In this document: in pieces, positions 59,981 to 64,000 of the stretch
How positions within the stretch are numbered: the stretch's first letter is position 1
Layout: the number at the start of each line of letters is the position of its first letter
Source: Schmidtea polychroa
Lineage: Eukaryota
Assembly: GCA_044892525.1 (NCBI GenBank)
Contig: CM097886.1
Coordinates: 19,282,001 to 19,346,000 of the forward strand
DNA: 64,000 nt
Direction: 5' to 3'
Notes under the pieces: generated by a model
Databases searched by the model: none
Told to the model about the DNA's origin: nothing
The model's input: only the letters and a program-made list of their open reading frames with translations
Program-made: the position numbers and the translations under genes

Positions 59981-60510
59981 TGTAATAATATTGTAATGTA
60001 TTGTTATACTATATTTTTTTCGTGAGTTATTACAATTTGTAACGAAAAAAAATTAATAAAACTATATAGCCATAGTAAATTATCGCTATAGAAAAAATGC
60101 AAAAACAAAAAAATAAAATAAATAAATCGATAAATTAAAGTAAGAAGCCAGAAATATTAAATTATCAGAAACTTCAAGAGAAAATTTTACGGCTGAAAAC
60201 CACAAGAGAATTTCGAGAAAAATCAAAGAATATTTAATTCAACTTATCTATTTGGGACTTTTGTCGTGCATTGTACTATTGGAATATTGTAAGCGATTTC
60301 TTTAGTTTGAGTTAATTAAGCAATTTATTCTTCTTATTGTTATTTATTTTCACATTATATATCAAACAAACAAGCTCCCCAACTGTCCCGAGGCAGCCAT
60401 TTTTACAGGCGACTCGGTTGGGCTCAAAAAATTTCTAACAATAACAAGTTAACAAAGTAACTAGTTTATAAGTTAATAAGAACATATTATAGATAAGATC
60501 ATACGTAACA
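59981..60510 (+). mobile_element. LTR family X, copy D (opposite orientation, shorter)
   Basis: Both family blocks are present in reverse relative to copies A-C (60061-60091, 60378-60422); starts TGTAATAAT like the reverse complement of copy B's end; right boundary approximate. Confidence 0.65.
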
Positions 60511-60997
60511 AATATATTAAAATAACAACTTAAGAAACGTTAATATCTGATTTCCTTCTAGCAATGCTTTAAAAAATTTTCATTACTAAAATAGTAAAAA
60601 TTAATGACTTGGTCGATCCTGCTTCTGATAACAAAGTTCCTGATTGTTTGAAATTAGAGATGTTATTCGAAATCTTAAATCCAAGCCTATTTTGAATCCA
60701 TTTCAGAACTTTGTTATGGTTACTAAATAAAGAGAATGATTCTTAACTGGGTATTACAGAAGGAATTTTGATTTTTTATAAAAAACTCGAAACCTGTCAT
60801 TCAAAACTCTGAATTGTTTATTTCGCTAGAATAGGTCAAGGAACATTATATAGTTTATAAAAAAACCACTTTGAGAAACCCTACCATATATACCAGAAAA
60901 CATATTTTACTTTAAGAACAACTTTTATTGACAACGTGAATTATAGTTAACTTACTATTTTATTCTGAAATAAATAACAAATAATAAAAAAAATAAT

Positions 60998-61118
60998 AAT
61001 TCAATAATTTTCATATTAATATTTGTAAGACTATAGATCAAAACAATATATAAGGTACACGATATTTCGGCACAGTCTTTATCAAGTATATATATAATAA
61101 TGTGAAAATTATTGAATT
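60998..61118. mobile_element. Small foldback/MITE-like element, copy 2
   Basis: Perfect 16-bp arms AATTCAATAATTTTCA / TGAAAATTATTGAATT; the reverse complement of the core resembles 10100-10155. Confidence 0.55.
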
Positions 61119-64000
61119 AATAAAAAGATAACTAATAATAATAATAATAATACTTTCAAATCAACAACTTAAACAAACCCATTATTATCTAGATTTTAGA
61201 AAACAAAAATTATGGGAAACAATTCCATTAGGCGCTACTGTGTCAACTATAAGGAACAAATATGGTATTTGATGGTGTACCAACTAAATATACAATTCAT
61301 AATATTTAATAACAAAACAGCCCAGAAACTGAAAACTTTGACACAGTGAGATTGACATAATATACAAGAAATGATTTAGTATACGAAGGAAATGTTTGGA
61401 AGGACAACACTGAAATTCTTGAGAAAATACTTAAGGTTTAGCACATACAGTATGACAAGTCAAGAGTGGAAATAATTTTAGCAAAAATCACTATGAACAA
61501 AATTAATGATATTAACTGATGGGTTTTCTCGTACTTTTCTCGAAACTATACCAGAATTTCCAAAACGTTTTGGCTAACTGAATCATAAGCAAAGTTAATT
61601 TTCTCAGCATCACTCAGGAAAACTCTATATAATAACTCTATTAATCTCAATAAATAATAAAATGTGTCTATTTTCGTAACATTTGAATTACTAGATGTTA
61701 GTTTGGAAATCAAAGAAATTATAAAGCTTTTATTAAAATGAAATAACAAAAATAAAATTTCACACAAACATATTGGAATGTCACTTTATTTAGTAATCAA
61801 TATCAATCAAATTAATCAATTAAAATTAATCATTAATGAGAAGTATAACCTGGCATTGTACAACCAACTCGCCCATATTTACTATATTTAAATCTTCGCG
61901 GTCGGTTCCCCGTTTCAATAAAAAGAATTGTGATAACTTATGAAGGAAATGAATAAATTGAAAGAGTGCAACTACATACACTATAAAATTCGTGCTAAGG
62001 TGCATTTTATACCGTCTTGTATTTTATACAGATTGAGTGTAATTTGTATTTATCAACGAATACTTCCGTGAAAAATAAAACGAATATACGTACCATACGG
62101 TTTAAGTGAATAATTGCAGCAACAATGGACAGCATTTAATGTCTGTATAATCAAGATGCTTGATAAACAAATGTTCAAATTATGAACTATTTAGCGTCTA
62201 TTTGCTCTACAGAAGTAAAACTTTTCAAACAGTTTTCCAGCGCTATCCATTCAAAAGCACCTTAAAAACTGGTAAATAATTTAATAAATGAAACGAGTTA
62301 TTTAGAATGGCATATTTGCAGTATAGCTTTTATATCCAAAATTAGATATATGTGTAAAATCTTATGAATAAAAAAAGAAATGCTAGAAAATTTCAGCCGA
62401 ATTAGACGTATAAAAATATTCCATATCAAATACGTTCATCCTAAAAAAATCCCTTGAATACTGCTAGGAAGGATTATTTGTTTCAGTTGGCAAAAGAATT
62501 TGCTATTGATTATACAGATTCAACCGAATCAGAAAATTTGAATTAGCTGTTGGAATATGCAGTTAAAAGTTCTGGAATAAGCAAAAAATGTCAAATAGGC
62601 TTATGCAATAAAAATAAAAGTCAGGTTATCTGTAATAGTTCCAAAAATACATTTGTGCATCATATACGAAGAGAAAATTAATAAAAAATGCTTTACGTTA
62701 AAATATCGAGAATAAAATAATAATAATAAAATAATAACTTATGTATAATATTAATTTCGTATGTGAAATAAATATCACTATTAATTCAATGAATTTAAAT
62801 ATAAAATTATTCTTTATTTGATGTTCGTATTTTCTACTTTAACTTCATAATAAGTCAATTTATATTGTTTCCAATTAAATACCCAAAGAGGTCATTTTGA
62901 CTCCTTTGGTAGAAATAGGTATATGTCAACTCATGGTAAACCTAATGGTAAGCCATCAAATTCGGATTACAAGTCACACCCGTATATAAACAGGCCTGCT
63001 ATATAAGTGTATGTTTTAATCATTCATATATCGAAATTTAAAACACGTATGCTTCCAAATATTTCCAATCATTGCATATTCACTCGGAACAATGGAGAAG
63101 AAACAACTAGATCCTAAGTAATATAAAAACAAATAAACAAACAGAGAACAATTGAGCAAGACGGTCAAGAACCATTGAGGCTTCCATGCATGAAAGTGTT
63201 AAGAGTGATTGATCTAGGAAACGAAAACGCATTAGAAAATTACCGTTTCCAAATATCAGTTTTGCCAGGTAATTGTTGACCAACAATATAAGTACAGTTT
63301 TCGTTTCTTTGAATATTAATAAATGTTTTGCTGATATAACAGAAAAATTCCTCCATCTGAACATTCATATGGCTCTCTCAATGTGATTTGTTCAATTTCA
63401 TAAAATATATTTGTAAGCGTCATCCATGGCTTAAATTAAATTTATTATTTGATCACAATAAGCGCCAATAGGAATATTTCAAGTGAAGCGTAAAATGAAC
63501 TCTACCAGCCAATCGCATCAACATTAAATGGATTATAAACTAGCTAATGGAAAGAAAATGATTCCCAAAGCTCATATATGATGGTATTAGATAGCACATA
63601 ATAACAATGATATAAAGTAAAATGAAAATTAAAAATACAAGACACATTCCAGAAGCGTCAATCACCACACCACTATGAAATTAATCGGGACTACCTGATT
63701 ATGCTACAACTAATTACAATATTCTTTCTGGCAAAAATCGACGTAAAATGGTTAATAAAAAATAAATATACTTACATCGGTATTATCCGAAGAGAATGTG
63801 AGACCACTTTTATCGATTTTTAGTGATCCACTGCACTTTGTGACGTCATCCGTGACCTTGAACTGTGACGTATCAGGCTCTTATTAATAAAAAAGAATTG
63901 TTAATTGTTTATAATCAAATAAATTGGGAAATAGATTATAAACTATGTCAATAGTTATGGTCATATAATGAACATACAAAATATTTATTGTCTTAAAAGT

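Noticed and set aside
63841-63872. CRE palindrome TGACGTCA plus half-sites as a promoter
   Set aside because: No associated gene start identified in the window; an 8-mer alone is weak evidence.

Overview
This is very AT-rich eukaryotic DNA with 42-60 nt introns, two N-gaps and (TA)n/(AAT)n microsatellites. That fits a flatworm such as a planarian, but the host is an inference. There are no prokaryotic features, rRNA, tRNA or CRISPR arrays. One well-supported host gene is present: an 8-exon TDP-43/TARDBP-like gene at 47176-49850 (+), 606 aa by my splice model. There is also the probable 5' end of an unknown gene at the left edge and an actin pseudogene fragment. The rest is a nested transposon landscape. 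It includes a young CsRn1-like Gypsy element with LTRs, PBS and TSD, two decayed Gypsy elements, four diverged copies of one LTR family, and several hAT elements, one with an intact GC-rich 632-aa transposase. It also holds pogo/Tigger elements, pogo and piggyBac MITEs, Maverick/Polinton integrase and PolB fossils, and a Penelope-like fragment. The most interesting signals are: (1) a covarying two-helix RNA structure shared by four diverged LTRs; (2) a hAT hairpin-excision (P-nucleotide-like) scar that fuses gag in frame to a transposase; (3) the unusual TDP-43-like architecture; (4) adjacent empty and filled insertion sites; (5) an LTR ending in exactly an 18-nt PBS. All homology calls are by eye; no searches were run.
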